From a virus, in IMG/VR virus record IMGVR_UViG_3300021142_002226, positions 96,001-160,000 of that record: DNA of 64,000 bases; one strand, 5' to 3'. Shown here piece by piece: positions 40,532 through 49,630 of this stretch (the stretch's first letter is position 1; each line of letters opens with the position of its first letter). The translations under genes were made by a program, and so were the position numbers. The notes under the pieces were generated by a model. That model worked only from the letters and a program-made list of their open reading frames with translations. It did no database searches and was not told the DNA's origin.

Positions 40532-41243
40532 TGATATTGGAATTAATGAAAACAATGAATTAGGTGTTTTCAAACTACTAATAGAACATGATGCTGGTTT
40601 CATTTCAAAAGAATTTACAAAAGGATTCTTAAAAGAGGGAACCATAAACGAAACTCTTGATTTAACTAAACCAATATTCTATTATTCAACACTTCAGAAA
40701 TATGGTGTTGAAAATAGAAATGGTAGAATCTACCCTGAAGACATACTCAAACGTCAAGTTGAGATATACAAAGATGTTATAAGAAAGAATGCGTCTTTTC
40801 ATGAAATGGATCACCCAGATTCATCAACAATATCACTTAAAGGTGGTTCACCATACAGAATAGTTGATCTTTTTTGGAAAGGTAACGCTTTAATTGGTAA
40901 GCTTGAGGTACTTGTATCAGACGGTTATAGAAGAAGCGGTATTATATCATGTAATGGTGACCTTTTGGCTCATTATCTAAGCTATGGCATGACCGTTGGT
41001 ATATCTTCAAGAGGTATAGGTACATTGAAGAAAGTTAACGGCAAAAACATGGTTCAAGATGATTTTGAACTTATATGTTGGGATGCTGTTTCAAGCCCAT
41101 CAACACCTGGTTCCTATCTTTATCAAGATATAAATGATTTTGGTAAATATGATGAGGTTTTACCAGATAAAAAAGATGAGATTGAAGAATCAAGCAACGG
41201 TAATGATTTTCTTAAGAACCTACAGAAATTTTTGAACAGATAA
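40521..41243 (+). CDS. gp21: Prohead maturation protease (gp21-like)
   Basis: NRNGRIYP, EMDHP, GISSRGIG, WDAVSSPSTPG. Confidence 0.93.
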   Translation: MKYSDIGINENNELGVFKLLIEHDAGFISKEFTKGFLKEGTINETLDLTKPIFYYSTLQKYGVENRNGRIYPEDILKRQVEIYKDVIRKNASFHEMDHPDSSTISLKGGSPYRIVDLFWKGNALIGKLEVLVSDGYRRSGIISCNGDLLAHYLSYGMTVGISSRGIGTLKKVNGKNMVQDDFELICWDAVSSPSTPGSYLYQDINDFGKYDEVLPDKKDEIEESSNGNDFLKNLQKFLNR

Positions 41244-41298
41244 TTTGTTTTTATGGATCTTATTTACTATTATTGTAGTAATAAAAAAGATATTTAAT

Positions 41299-41532
41299 AT
41301 GAAAACTTATTATTGGTACTTAGTTTCATCCCAGGATATTTACACGGATGATAATGGAAGACAGAAGAAGCAAAAGAAAACAAATTTATTTAAAGCTGTA
41401 TCTGTTACTGACGCTGAAACACAAGCAATTGCACAACTTAGTAATATGAGTGATGACTTCAGAATCCTCAGTGTTACTGAATCAAAGATCGAACAAGTAT
41501 TCTTTCCAGAAGGTGTTGAGATCAACGATTAA
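41299..41532 (+). CDS. DUF4494-like protein (Bacteroidetes family)
   Basis: Start reassigned to ATG 41299; WY...DNG.QKK...AVSVTDAE...F.I..V.ESKI..VF. Confidence 0.65.
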   Translation: MKTYYWYLVSSQDIYTDDNGRQKKQKKTNLFKAVSVTDAETQAIAQLSNMSDDFRILSVTESKIEQVFFPEGVEIND

Positions 41533-41556
41533 GAAAGTTTAAAAACTTTTTTTTAT

Positions 41557-41594
41557 AAAACCCCAAAAAAAATAACATTTTTTGGGGTTTTTTT
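41557..41594 (+). terminator. Intrinsic terminator
   Basis: aaaaccccaaaaaa...ttttttggggtttt followed by a T run. Confidence 0.7.
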
Positions 41595-41636
41595 ATTGTT
41601 TTTACTATATAAATTGGTTTTTTGAAAAATATAATA

Positions 41637-41644
41637 TATTTATA
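41637..41644 (+). promoter_or_regulatory. Putative late-promoter motif for the scaffold/MCP operon
   Basis: TATTTATA 40 nt upstream of the scaffold ATG. Confidence 0.55.
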
Positions 41645-41684
41645 TCTAAGAAAGCATAATAGTTTTTATTAAAACAAATAAAAT

Positions 41685-42884
41685 ATGAGCAAAAGAAGTA
41701 TATTAGCTGATACTCTAAATGAGGTTCAACAAATTAGAGAAGCTATAGAAAAAAATGCTAATCACGTATTGAAATCTACCTTGAAAGAAGAATTGGAAGA
41801 AATTATTCACAAGGGTTTAGATGAAATGGGTGATGAGGAACAAGATGAAAACATCGAAGATATGAATCCAGACTCTACAGATGGCATGGACTTAGATTCA
41901 GAAATGGGTTCTGACTCAGAAGAAATGACCGATAAACCAGACATTGAAGACACCCCAAGTGACGAAATACCTGGTGACGAGGTAATTGATCTAACTGATA
42001 AATCAGACAAAGAAGTTCTAAAGAGATTTGAACTTATGGAACCTACAGACGAAATCGAAGTTATTCGCACAGGAGACGGTATCGAAATTAAATTCCACCC
42101 AGAAGGATCTGAAGAAGAACCAGGTGAAATGAGCCCAGAAATGGATCATGAAGCTGGCGAAGAAGAAGATGAAGCTGGTGAAGAAGAAGACGAAATGGCA
42201 CCAGCAATGGATGAAGCATCTGAAGAAGATGAGGGTGTTATGTACGAAATCGAAATCGCAGAAGGTGATGAAGAAGAAGATGAAGCTGTTAAAGAAGCTG
42301 AAGGTGAGGAAGAAGATGAAAGCACCATGGATGAAGTAAAGACTACAAGCAAAGTTAAGTTTTTAAAAACTCATACTGCTGCTCCAGCTGGTCAATCAGA
42401 AGGCTTACAAGAAAAACTTGTTAACACAAGAAAAAAATTACAAACTCTTGTTGCAGAAAACAAAAAAATCAAACAAGAATTAGATGCTTTCAAAACTCTT
42501 AAAGAATCATTTGTTTCAAATGAGAAAGAGTATAAGAATGCTATCAAAGTTCTTAAAACACAACTTCAAGAAGTTTCGTTATTCACTACCAATTTAACAT
42601 ATGCTGTTAAATTGATGACAGAGAACACTACAACTAAAGAAGAAAAATTCCAAATTTTATCGACTTTAGACAAAGCAAAAACTTTGAATGAATCTCAAAA
42701 CATAGCAACTACGTTGGAAGAACAATTTAAATCAAAGAAATCAACATCTGCTGCTACAATTCTTGAAAATAAAGTTCTTGACAAACCTGCTTTCAGCAGC
42801 ACTTCAGCTTCGATTAACGAATCTACAGTGTACAAGAATCCACAGGTTGAAAGAATGAAAGATTTAATAAATAAAATACAATAA
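41685..42884 (+). CDS. Prohead scaffold/core protein
   Basis: Very acidic middle, coiled-coil C-terminal half, directly upstream of MCP. Confidence 0.8.
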   Translation: MSKRSILADTLNEVQQIREAIEKNANHVLKSTLKEELEEIIHKGLDEMGDEEQDENIEDMNPDSTDGMDLDSEMGSDSEEMTDKPDIEDTPSDEIPGDEVIDLTDKSDKEVLKRFELMEPTDEIEVIRTGDGIEIKFHPEGSEEEPGEMSPEMDHEAGEEEDEAGEEEDEMAPAMDEASEEDEGVMYEIEIAEGDEEEDEAVKEAEGEEEDESTMDEVKTTSKVKFLKTHTAAPAGQSEGLQEKLVNTRKKLQTLVAENKKIKQELDAFKTLKESFVSNEKEYKNAIKVLKTQLQEVSLFTTNLTYAVKLMTENTTTKEEKFQILSTLDKAKTLNESQNIATTLEEQFKSKKSTSAATILENKVLDKPAFSSTSASINESTVYKNPQVERMKDLINKIQ

Positions 42885-42920
42885 TAATAACAATAAAACA
42901 AAAAACAAAAACCAAATAAA

Positions 42921-44657
42921 ATGGGTGCATTATTAGAATCAGGTAGAGTTGGTAACGTGAGCGTTAACCACTTGAAACTTGTAAGAGAAGATGTAATCAA
43001 CAGATGGGATGACTTAGGTCTTTTAGAAGGTCTTAAAGGTCATGCTAAAGAAAACGTCGCTCAATTATTCGAGAACCAAGCTTCTTGGATGTTAAACGAA
43101 TCAACTGCTTTAGGCGTTGAGGGTTCATTTGAAACCGTTGTGTTTCCAATCGTGAGAAGAGTATTCTCAAAATTATTAGCTAACGAAATCGTTTCGGTAC
43201 AAGCGTTGAACTTACCTATCGGTAAATTGTTCTACTTCATACCTAAAATCGGTTCATCTGCGTTCAGTGCTACTGGTACTAACCAAATGGCAATGGATAG
43301 TGGTAACGGTTTCAGCGATAACGTAAATCTTTACGATGCGTTCTATGGTGAAGATGGTATGTATGATAAATCTAAGGGTGCTGCTGTAGCTATCACTGGT
43401 AGCTTAGGTTCTTACTCTGGTGCTACTGCTCATACTTTCGCATACACAAGAACTCCATGGGGTCACTCTCAACCAAACGATGGTTTTGCTCCAATAGCTC
43501 CATTCGTAGTTAATATTTCTGGTGGTACATCATCAGTTCCAGCAAGCGCTATTGTAAAAGTACAATTTGCACTTTCTACAGTTAACCAAGTATTGACATC
43601 ATTAGGTTTGTCTACTTCTACTTATCAAGGTGAAAATCCTGGTCAGTATTTGTTCGAAAACGCTGAAGAATTCTTGTCAACATTAAGTTTGACTGCTACT
43701 TCTGGTTACGGTGGTGTTGCAGCTGGTGCAGCTTTAGACTTTAATTTCGCTACTCAAAAGTACGGATTACAGTTAATGACTGATAACGGTACAAACGCTT
43801 ACACTTATGTACAGCTTTATAACTATGACACTACTAAATTAGCTCTTTCTAACGTTACTGTAGGTGCTAAAATCTACAAATCATTGGAACTTGCTGATGA
43901 TATGGGTGAAGTAAGCTTCGAGCTTAAATCAGTAACTGTATCTGTTATTGAAAGAAAATTAAGAGCACAATGGTCTCCAGAACTTGCTCAAGATGTTAGT
44001 GCATTCCACAACATTGACGCTGAAGCTGAATTGACAGCTTTATTGTCTGAACAAGTTGCTGCTGAAATCGACAGAGAAATCTTGCGTGACTTACGTAGAG
44101 GTGCTGCTTGGAGATTGGCATGGGATTATAAAGGTTCTACTGGTCGTGGTATCGATACATCAAACAGCGCTGCATTCTATACTCAAAAAGAATGGAACCA
44201 AACTTTGATGACTGCTATCAACCAAGTTTCTGCTCAAATCCATAAAGCAACTTTAAGAGGTGGTGCTAACTTCATCGTATGCTCTGCTGAAATTTCAGCT
44301 ATCTTCGATGACTTGGAATATTTCCACGTATCTAACGCTGCTCCTGAGCAAGATAAATATAACATGGGTATCGAAAGAATCGGTGCTTTAGGTGGTCGCT
44401 ACCAAGTTTATCGTGATCCTTACTTCCCAGCAGACACAATCCTTATGGGACACAAAGGTACATCATTGTTAGACACTGGTTATGTGTACGCTCCATACGT
44501 GCCAATGCAATTGACACCAACAATGTATAACCCATTCACTTTCGCTCCTGTGAAAGGTTTGATGACAAGGTACGCTAAGAAAATGGTTAACAACCGTTAC
44601 TATGGTGTGATCAAAGTTAGAAATGTGGTATCATTTGGTATCGATAGCTTTAGATAA
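42921..44657 (+). CDS. gp23: Major capsid protein (T4 gp23-like)
   Basis: AQLFENQ, VSVQALNLPIG, RKLRAQWSPELAQD, EIDREI, YAPYVP, TRYA. Confidence 0.97.
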   Translation: MGALLESGRVGNVSVNHLKLVREDVINRWDDLGLLEGLKGHAKENVAQLFENQASWMLNESTALGVEGSFETVVFPIVRRVFSKLLANEIVSVQALNLPIGKLFYFIPKIGSSAFSATGTNQMAMDSGNGFSDNVNLYDAFYGEDGMYDKSKGAAVAITGSLGSYSGATAHTFAYTRTPWGHSQPNDGFAPIAPFVVNISGGTSSVPASAIVKVQFALSTVNQVLTSLGLSTSTYQGENPGQYLFENAEEFLSTLSLTATSGYGGVAAGAALDFNFATQKYGLQLMTDNGTNAYTYVQLYNYDTTKLALSNVTVGAKIYKSLELADDMGEVSFELKSVTVSVIERKLRAQWSPELAQDVSAFHNIDAEAELTALLSEQVAAEIDREILRDLRRGAAWRLAWDYKGSTGRGIDTSNSAAFYTQKEWNQTLMTAINQVSAQIHKATLRGGANFIVCSAEISAIFDDLEYFHVSNAAPEQDKYNMGIERIGALGGRYQVYRDPYFPADTILMGHKGTSLLDTGYVYAPYVPMQLTPTMYNPFTFAPVKGLMTRYAKKMVNNRYYGVIKVRNVVSFGIDSFR

Positions 44658-44681
44658 TCGAATTATCTATACACTATACAG

Positions 44682-44712
44682 AAATGGCTGGAAAAAATTC
44701 CAGCCATTTTTA
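44682..44712. terminator. Bidirectional terminator
   Basis: aaatggctggaa-aaaa-ttccagccattt between convergent genes. Confidence 0.85.
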
Positions 44713-45282
44713 TTTTGATACAATATCATTTATAAAAATATTATCAACCTTAAAATATAAATCATCTAATGTACCATCATTAATTATTAAATGATTATAT
44801 TTTATATCAAACATTTCTTTTTCTGATGCGTGGAAATCACCAACGTTCATTCCTGGTCTATCAACTCTCCATATTTCCCCACCCATTTTTACAATGGAAT
44901 CAGCTTCATGCATAAATCTAACATCAGATATTACAACACTATTATCTGTATTTGATTTATACCATTGCTCAAATCTTTTAACCCAAATCAATCTACCTAT
45001 TTCTTTAAAAGCTGGTATATGATTCTGTAAATCATATTGAGAAACTTCAGTTCCCATAACCTTTAATATATCTCTTGGAGTACAACCCCATACAGGATCG
45101 ATAGTATCCTTTGCATCACCAAAGACTTGTTCTTCGGTGAATCCAAACATGGCCATACAACCACGTTTTAGTGGGTCAGCAAAACTATATTTATTGTATT
45201 TGTGATATTTGCAAAGAAAATCAGATATTGTGTCTTTGCCAGAACGAGCTAATCCTATACAACCTATTAATTTTTTTTTCAT
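44710..45282 (-). CDS. Deoxynucleoside monophosphate kinase (T4 gp1-like)
   Basis: GLARSGKDT, SFADPLK, TPRDILK..GTE, ISDVRF..E, HASE. Confidence 0.9.
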   Translation of the reverse strand: MKKKLIGCIGLARSGKDTISDFLCKYHKYNKYSFADPLKRGCMAMFGFTEEQVFGDAKDTIDPVWGCTPRDILKVMGTEVSQYDLQNHIPAFKEIGRLIWVKRFEQWYKSNTDNSVVISDVRFMHEADSIVKMGGEIWRVDRPGMNVGDFHASEKEMFDIKYNHLIINDGTLDDLYFKVDNIFINDIVSK

Positions 45283-45321
45283 ATAATCTATATTTTTTAG
45301 TTATTACAATAATAACTAAAA

Positions 45322-45553
45322 TTATTTGAATTTCCAAATATACCCATAAGCTGTTACCACTTCCACACCCATTAACAAATTTCATAGCATCCTCAATTGA
45401 TCTGTGTTCTTTAATTAAAGAACCAGTTTTAGTAAATTGTAAAACTGGTTTACAAAACCTTGTTTTTCAATTTTTTCTTTTGTTAATTCTGATAATTTCT
45501 TATCTTTATTTAAAGATGTTGAGCCTTTTTTAAAACAACCAGAGTTAGCTTTA
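45322..45553 (-). pseudogene. Frameshifted remnant of a NUMOD-type homing endonuclease C-terminus
   Basis: Three consecutive frames give NSGCFKKG...KLSELTKEKI / KPVLQFTKTGSLIKEHRSIEDA / TAYGYIWKF. Confidence 0.7.
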
Positions 45554-45564
45554 AAAAACCAAAT

Positions 45565-45589
45565 AAAAAAACCCACATTTCTGTGGGTT
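45565..45589 (-). terminator. Intrinsic terminator
   Basis: aacccaca-gaaa-tgtgggtt followed by a U run on the minus strand. Confidence 0.75.
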
Positions 45590-45593
45590 AATT

Positions 45594-46835
45594 TTAAGTA
45601 TTTGTATTATCGTCAGTAGTTGTGGAAGTATTAAATTTTGGTACACCAGTATTGGTTTGATTAGATGGGGCTTTTGAATCAGGTTTTTTTTGTTTAGTCG
45701 GAGTTTTTTTAGCTACTTTTTTTGGAGCCGCTTTTGCTGGTACAACTTTTTTATTTTGATCAGCATTTTGACTTAAAATATTTGTGTTATCTGTACCATT
45801 AGCATTAACGTTTGTAATATTATAACCTATATTCAAAGATTTTAATATATCTGTAAGGGCTTTAACACTTATTGTATCTCCTTCTTGATTAGCCTTTTGT
45901 AACTCCTTCTGTGTTTGTTTCGCAACATCATTTTTTTGATTCGGATCGTTAGACTTTATAGCTTGATTAGCTTTATTAGCCAAAGATTGAACCTCTGGTT
46001 CTTGAGCAGATGGATTGTCAACCCCTTTTTCATCTGATGAAAGTGTTGCTTGAGCCCTTTTTATGATATTGAAAAAATTATTTATATCATTCTGTAGTTT
46101 TTCTATCTGTTTAAATTCTTCGAACTCAGCACCATTTTTTTGAACATCAACATATAATTTGTTTAACTCAGAAACAAGCGGTATTAATTTATTCAACGTT
46201 GGCATAACCTTATTATTCAAATCTTTAGTAATTCTTTTGGCTATAGAACTCCATCTTTTACCATAAAAATTAAATGTATAAGCATTTACACCAGTTTTGA
46301 AACCAGTTTTTAAACCCCAATCAGGTGTTCCAATATTTTGTAAAGGTTTTTGTCCTTTTGGTAACCAATATGTTGCAAGACCTTCATTGATATTGTTTAA
46401 TCTGTTGATTAAATTTTCAGTTATATTGCTATAATCCTCATCTCCCTTATAATAATCTTCATTCATCCCCCAATCAGGACTATATCTATTGTACATCCAT
46501 TCTCTTTCATTTGGATCTGGATAATCTCTTTCGAACCTATCCGCAAAATCATCATTGGATTTTATTCTATAGAAATCACGTTCATCATCGCTACGATAAT
46601 CTTCAGGGTCATCATCGTGATAATCCATATCATCATCGTGATAATCCATGTCATCGTGTTGTTCCTCTGGTTCTGGATCTTCCTCCTCAAATTCCTCTAA
46701 AGGAATAATACCAAGATCAAGTTTATTACCAGAAAGAGCACCCTTAGCGTCAATATTAACTGATGGATCTAAAAATTCATTTAAACCCATTAGTTTTCTT
46801 TGCTTATTAAGTGATTCTAATAGTTCTTTTTTCAT
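45594..46835 (-). CDS. Putative head-internal protein with the shared leader
   Basis: MKKELLESLNKQRKLMGLNE; acidic repeats; Lys/Pro-rich tail. Confidence 0.6.
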   Translation of the reverse strand: MKKELLESLNKQRKLMGLNEFLDPSVNIDAKGALSGNKLDLGIIPLEEFEEEDPEPEEQHDDMDYHDDDMDYHDDDPEDYRSDDERDFYRIKSNDDFADRFERDYPDPNEREWMYNRYSPDWGMNEDYYKGDEDYSNITENLINRLNNINEGLATYWLPKGQKPLQNIGTPDWGLKTGFKTGVNAYTFNFYGKRWSSIAKRITKDLNNKVMPTLNKLIPLVSELNKLYVDVQKNGAEFEEFKQIEKLQNDINNFFNIIKRAQATLSSDEKGVDNPSAQEPEVQSLANKANQAIKSNDPNQKNDVAKQTQKELQKANQEGDTISVKALTDILKSLNIGYNITNVNANGTDNTNILSQNADQNKKVVPAKAAPKKVAKKTPTKQKKPDSKAPSNQTNTGVPKFNTSTTTDDNTNT

Positions 46836-46838
46836 ATA

Positions 46839-47582
46839 TTATACTGTTGTTGTTGCAGCTTTATTATTTTTTGCAGCATTTCTTGCATTTAATTGACTTT
46901 GATTCAACGGTCTACCATTTTTATCAACTTCTGGAGCTGCTTGTGTTTCTGGAGCCTGTGTTGTTGATGCTTGAGTTTCTGGAGCTTGTGTTGTTGTAGA
47001 CGTTCCAGTTTGGGTAGTTTGTCCGCTTTGAGCAGTCGCACCCTGAGCGTTAGATTGCGTTGCCGCTTCTTTATCAGCTTGTGCTGCTCCAGTTGCAGAT
47101 GCTTGGCTCAATGATGTTACAAATTGTGACATTTGAGCTAAAGAATCTTTTTGAGCTTTCCATGTAGTACCCATGTTACCAAATACTGTTGTCATTTGTT
47201 TAACGATTGGATCATTAGCACCTAATTGAGCTACTTGCTGTTGCATCGATTTAAGTTGATTAAATTGACCATCACTTTTGTTCACAAATTGAGTCATTTG
47301 TTGAATGGTTTTTTGCAATACTTTAATTTGGTTGTTAATCTTTCTCAATATTATGGCCTTTTTAGCACCTTGCATTGCACCACCAATAGCACCTTTAATA
47401 GCGGTATTTATACCAAAAATTTCATCCAACTCACCCTCTTCTTCGTCATGTTCACTTTCTTCCATTGGTTTAGAATATTCAGCGTAGCCACCTTCCTTAA
47501 ATTCGTAGCTCATTGTTTCGTTCAATCCCATTAGTTTTCTTTGTCTATCAAGGGATTCGTTTAATGATAATTTCTTTTCCAT
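46839..47582 (-). CDS. Putative head-internal protein with the shared leader
   Basis: MEKKLSLNESLDRQRKLMGLNE; Gln/Ala/Thr-rich. Confidence 0.6.
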   Translation of the reverse strand: MEKKLSLNESLDRQRKLMGLNETMSYEFKEGGYAEYSKPMEESEHDEEEGELDEIFGINTAIKGAIGGAMQGAKKAIILRKINNQIKVLQKTIQQMTQFVNKSDGQFNQLKSMQQQVAQLGANDPIVKQMTTVFGNMGTTWKAQKDSLAQMSQFVTSLSQASATGAAQADKEAATQSNAQGATAQSGQTTQTGTSTTTQAPETQASTTQAPETQAAPEVDKNGRPLNQSQLNARNAAKNNKAATTTV

Positions 47583-48415
47583 TATATTTTATTTAACTTT
47601 TTTTTAATGTCTTTTATTATATTACTATAAATAGTCTGTTTTTCCTCATTAATCATCTTTTGGCTATCTTCCATTTCACCAAATTTTACAAGTGAAAGAT
47701 ACACATCTTTACCATCTTCATCAAGATCATTATAACCTCTCAAAAGTGGACTTGGTTTGTACTTAAATTTGTATAAAATAGATTCTAAATAGTGGATAAA
47801 AGGTATATCCTCATTATAATCATTAATATACACTCTTATTGCGTCAGATATATCGAATGCTAAACTTGCTTGATTTTCATAATTATCCAAACCAGCCATT
47901 TTAACTATTTTGGAAATTATAGGTACAGCCATGAAGTCTTTAACCCATGCGTAAGTGTTGTCTTCATTATCATCATCTCCTTCTACCTCAGAAAGATTTG
48001 CATCTTGTTGAGCCTCTTCTTTACCATTCAATTTATTCATAATCTGTTCCTTGTCCTTATCTGTTAACTTAGTAACATCAACAGCGGATAAAACAGAATT
48101 AATTATATATTTATATTCTTTATTTGTTAGTTGTTGTGCAATCTCACGCATGTCTTGAGCAAGTTTTCCAGTTGTTTTTTGTATTTCATTAAATGTCATT
48201 TCCTCACCACCTTCAGTACCAGCACCCATATCAGGTGTTGTCATCGGAACTTCTGGGGCAGCTGACGCATTTGGGTCGGCCATAGGTTGAGGTTGTTGTG
48301 AAAAATCAACAGCACCAACATCAGGTGTCGGTGCCGTCATATCTGGTTGAGGGATTGCTTCTTGAGTAGGTTGTACAGGAATAGATGCTTGTGCAGGTTG
48401 TTTAACCTTGATCAC
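47582..48415 (-). CDS. Hypothetical protein; probably the -1-frame continuation of 48427-48783
   Basis: Only a GTG start; the frame stays open upstream through the A10 run to position 48451. Confidence 0.55.
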   Translation of the reverse strand: MIKVKQPAQASIPVQPTQEAIPQPDMTAPTPDVGAVDFSQQPQPMADPNASAAPEVPMTTPDMGAGTEGGEEMTFNEIQKTTGKLAQDMREIAQQLTNKEYKYIINSVLSAVDVTKLTDKDKEQIMNKLNGKEEAQQDANLSEVEGDDDNEDNTYAWVKDFMAVPIISKIVKMAGLDNYENQASLAFDISDAIRVYINDYNEDIPFIHYLESILYKFKYKPSPLLRGYNDLDEDGKDVYLSLVKFGEMEDSQKMINEEKQTIYSNIIKDIKKKLNKI

Positions 48416-48426
48416 AAAACGTTCAT

Positions 48427-48783
48427 CTATACTACTTTTTTTTTTAAAATATCAACCTGTTGAGCGTGTTCATTCAATTCGTTGATTTCTTTAAACATCA
48501 AATTTAGATGTTTAAGAGCATCAGCAGTTGTTTTATATGAGAATTCTTTAATGTTATTAACACCACTCATATACTCATATGATTCGTTAATTTTTTTCTT
48601 GATATAAACATATTTGTTCTCTTGAACAATAGCATATTCATCACCATTAGAAGCTGTAGCTTCATGGATGATGGTTGAACTAACATCATTTTTGTTAGAA
48701 CTTTCAGTGATGCCAGCAATTTGCTTAATTCTTGCTAATTTATCATCAACATTTTGAATTTTTTCTGAACCAATTGGTCTCAT
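48427..48783 (-). CDS. Hypothetical late protein ending at a slippery site
   Basis: MRPIGSEK...LARIKQIAGITES; three late motifs upstream; ends DILKKKVV. Confidence 0.65.
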   Translation of the reverse strand: MRPIGSEKIQNVDDKLARIKQIAGITESSNKNDVSSTIIHEATASNGDEYAIVQENKYVYIKKKINESYEYMSGVNNIKEFSYKTTADALKHLNLMFKEINELNEHAQQVDILKKKVV

Positions 48784-48798
48784 ATATAATTAATTTAA

Positions 48799-48838
48799 TA
48801 TAAATAGTCTTATTCTTATTATAAATAGTTTATAAATA
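48799..48838 (-). promoter_or_regulatory. Three tandem putative late-promoter motifs
   Basis: TATTTATA on the minus strand at 48799-806, 48820-827 and 48831-838. Confidence 0.6.
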
Positions 48839-49591
48839 CTAAAAAGTATTCATTTCTTCGTTTTCAAGTGATAATTTCTTATCAATTAATGAGTATTTCA
48901 AATCGCTCAATTCTTCATTGAATCCAACCCTTCTTAAGTATTTGAAAACCATGTTTTCTGTGCCAAATTCGCCGTTTTTATCCAATCCTGACTGTCTATA
49001 CCTTTTAATCTTTTCCTTCAATTTTTCGATCATTTTAAGCTTGTCATCGGTATTTGCGGAAGCTTTTATATGATCCAAATCTTTATAAAAAGATTTGACC
49101 TTTTTCAATATAGATTCCTTGTCTATTTTCTCACCAGATGTTGTTGGTTCAGATACCCATTTGTTATACAAAACACTGTACATACCTTTAGATTTTAAAT
49201 CTTCTCTATTAATATCCTGAACGTACATTTCAATATCAAAACCTTTTATCTTAATATCATGGTTTTGAGTAAATTCTTTTTTCTTGGTATCTAAAAATTC
49301 ATCCACAAGATCTTGATTATCACTTATTTTGCTTTTATCAACAACAATATGAATATCCAGGTCTGAAAAACTTGACCAATTGTAATTACAAATACTACCA
49401 ACAAGTAGTATATCATGAACATCCAAAAATTCAATATTGATAGACTCAATGAAAACCTGAGCAGCCTCCAACATGTGTTTTCTGACCTCTGGGTTTAACT
49501 TGATCTGAGAAAAATCCTTAGTTTCAACATTATCCCATATTTCTGGTGATAGTGTATCTTTAAATTTGAAACTTTTTAAAATATTATTCAT
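48839..49591 (-). CDS. Pol-beta superfamily nucleotidyltransferase
   Basis: LLVGSICNYNWSSFSDLDIHI (GS...DxD) and a third acidic residue in IEMYV. Confidence 0.75.
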   Translation of the reverse strand: MNNILKSFKFKDTLSPEIWDNVETKDFSQIKLNPEVRKHMLEAAQVFIESINIEFLDVHDILLVGSICNYNWSSFSDLDIHIVVDKSKISDNQDLVDEFLDTKKKEFTQNHDIKIKGFDIEMYVQDINREDLKSKGMYSVLYNKWVSEPTTSGEKIDKESILKKVKSFYKDLDHIKASANTDDKLKMIEKLKEKIKRYRQSGLDKNGEFGTENMVFKYLRRVGFNEELSDLKYSLIDKKLSLENEEMNTF

Positions 49592-49630
49592 ACCTATAAA
49601 TATCTTGAAAATAGGTAATATCTATCTTAA

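Noticed and set aside
42150-47000. Short tandem repeats (21-nt units at 42150 and 46611; about 30-nt unit near 46950-47000)
   Set aside because: These are in-frame low-complexity coding repeats (EAGEEED, HDDDMDY, TTQAPETQAS), not regulatory arrays.
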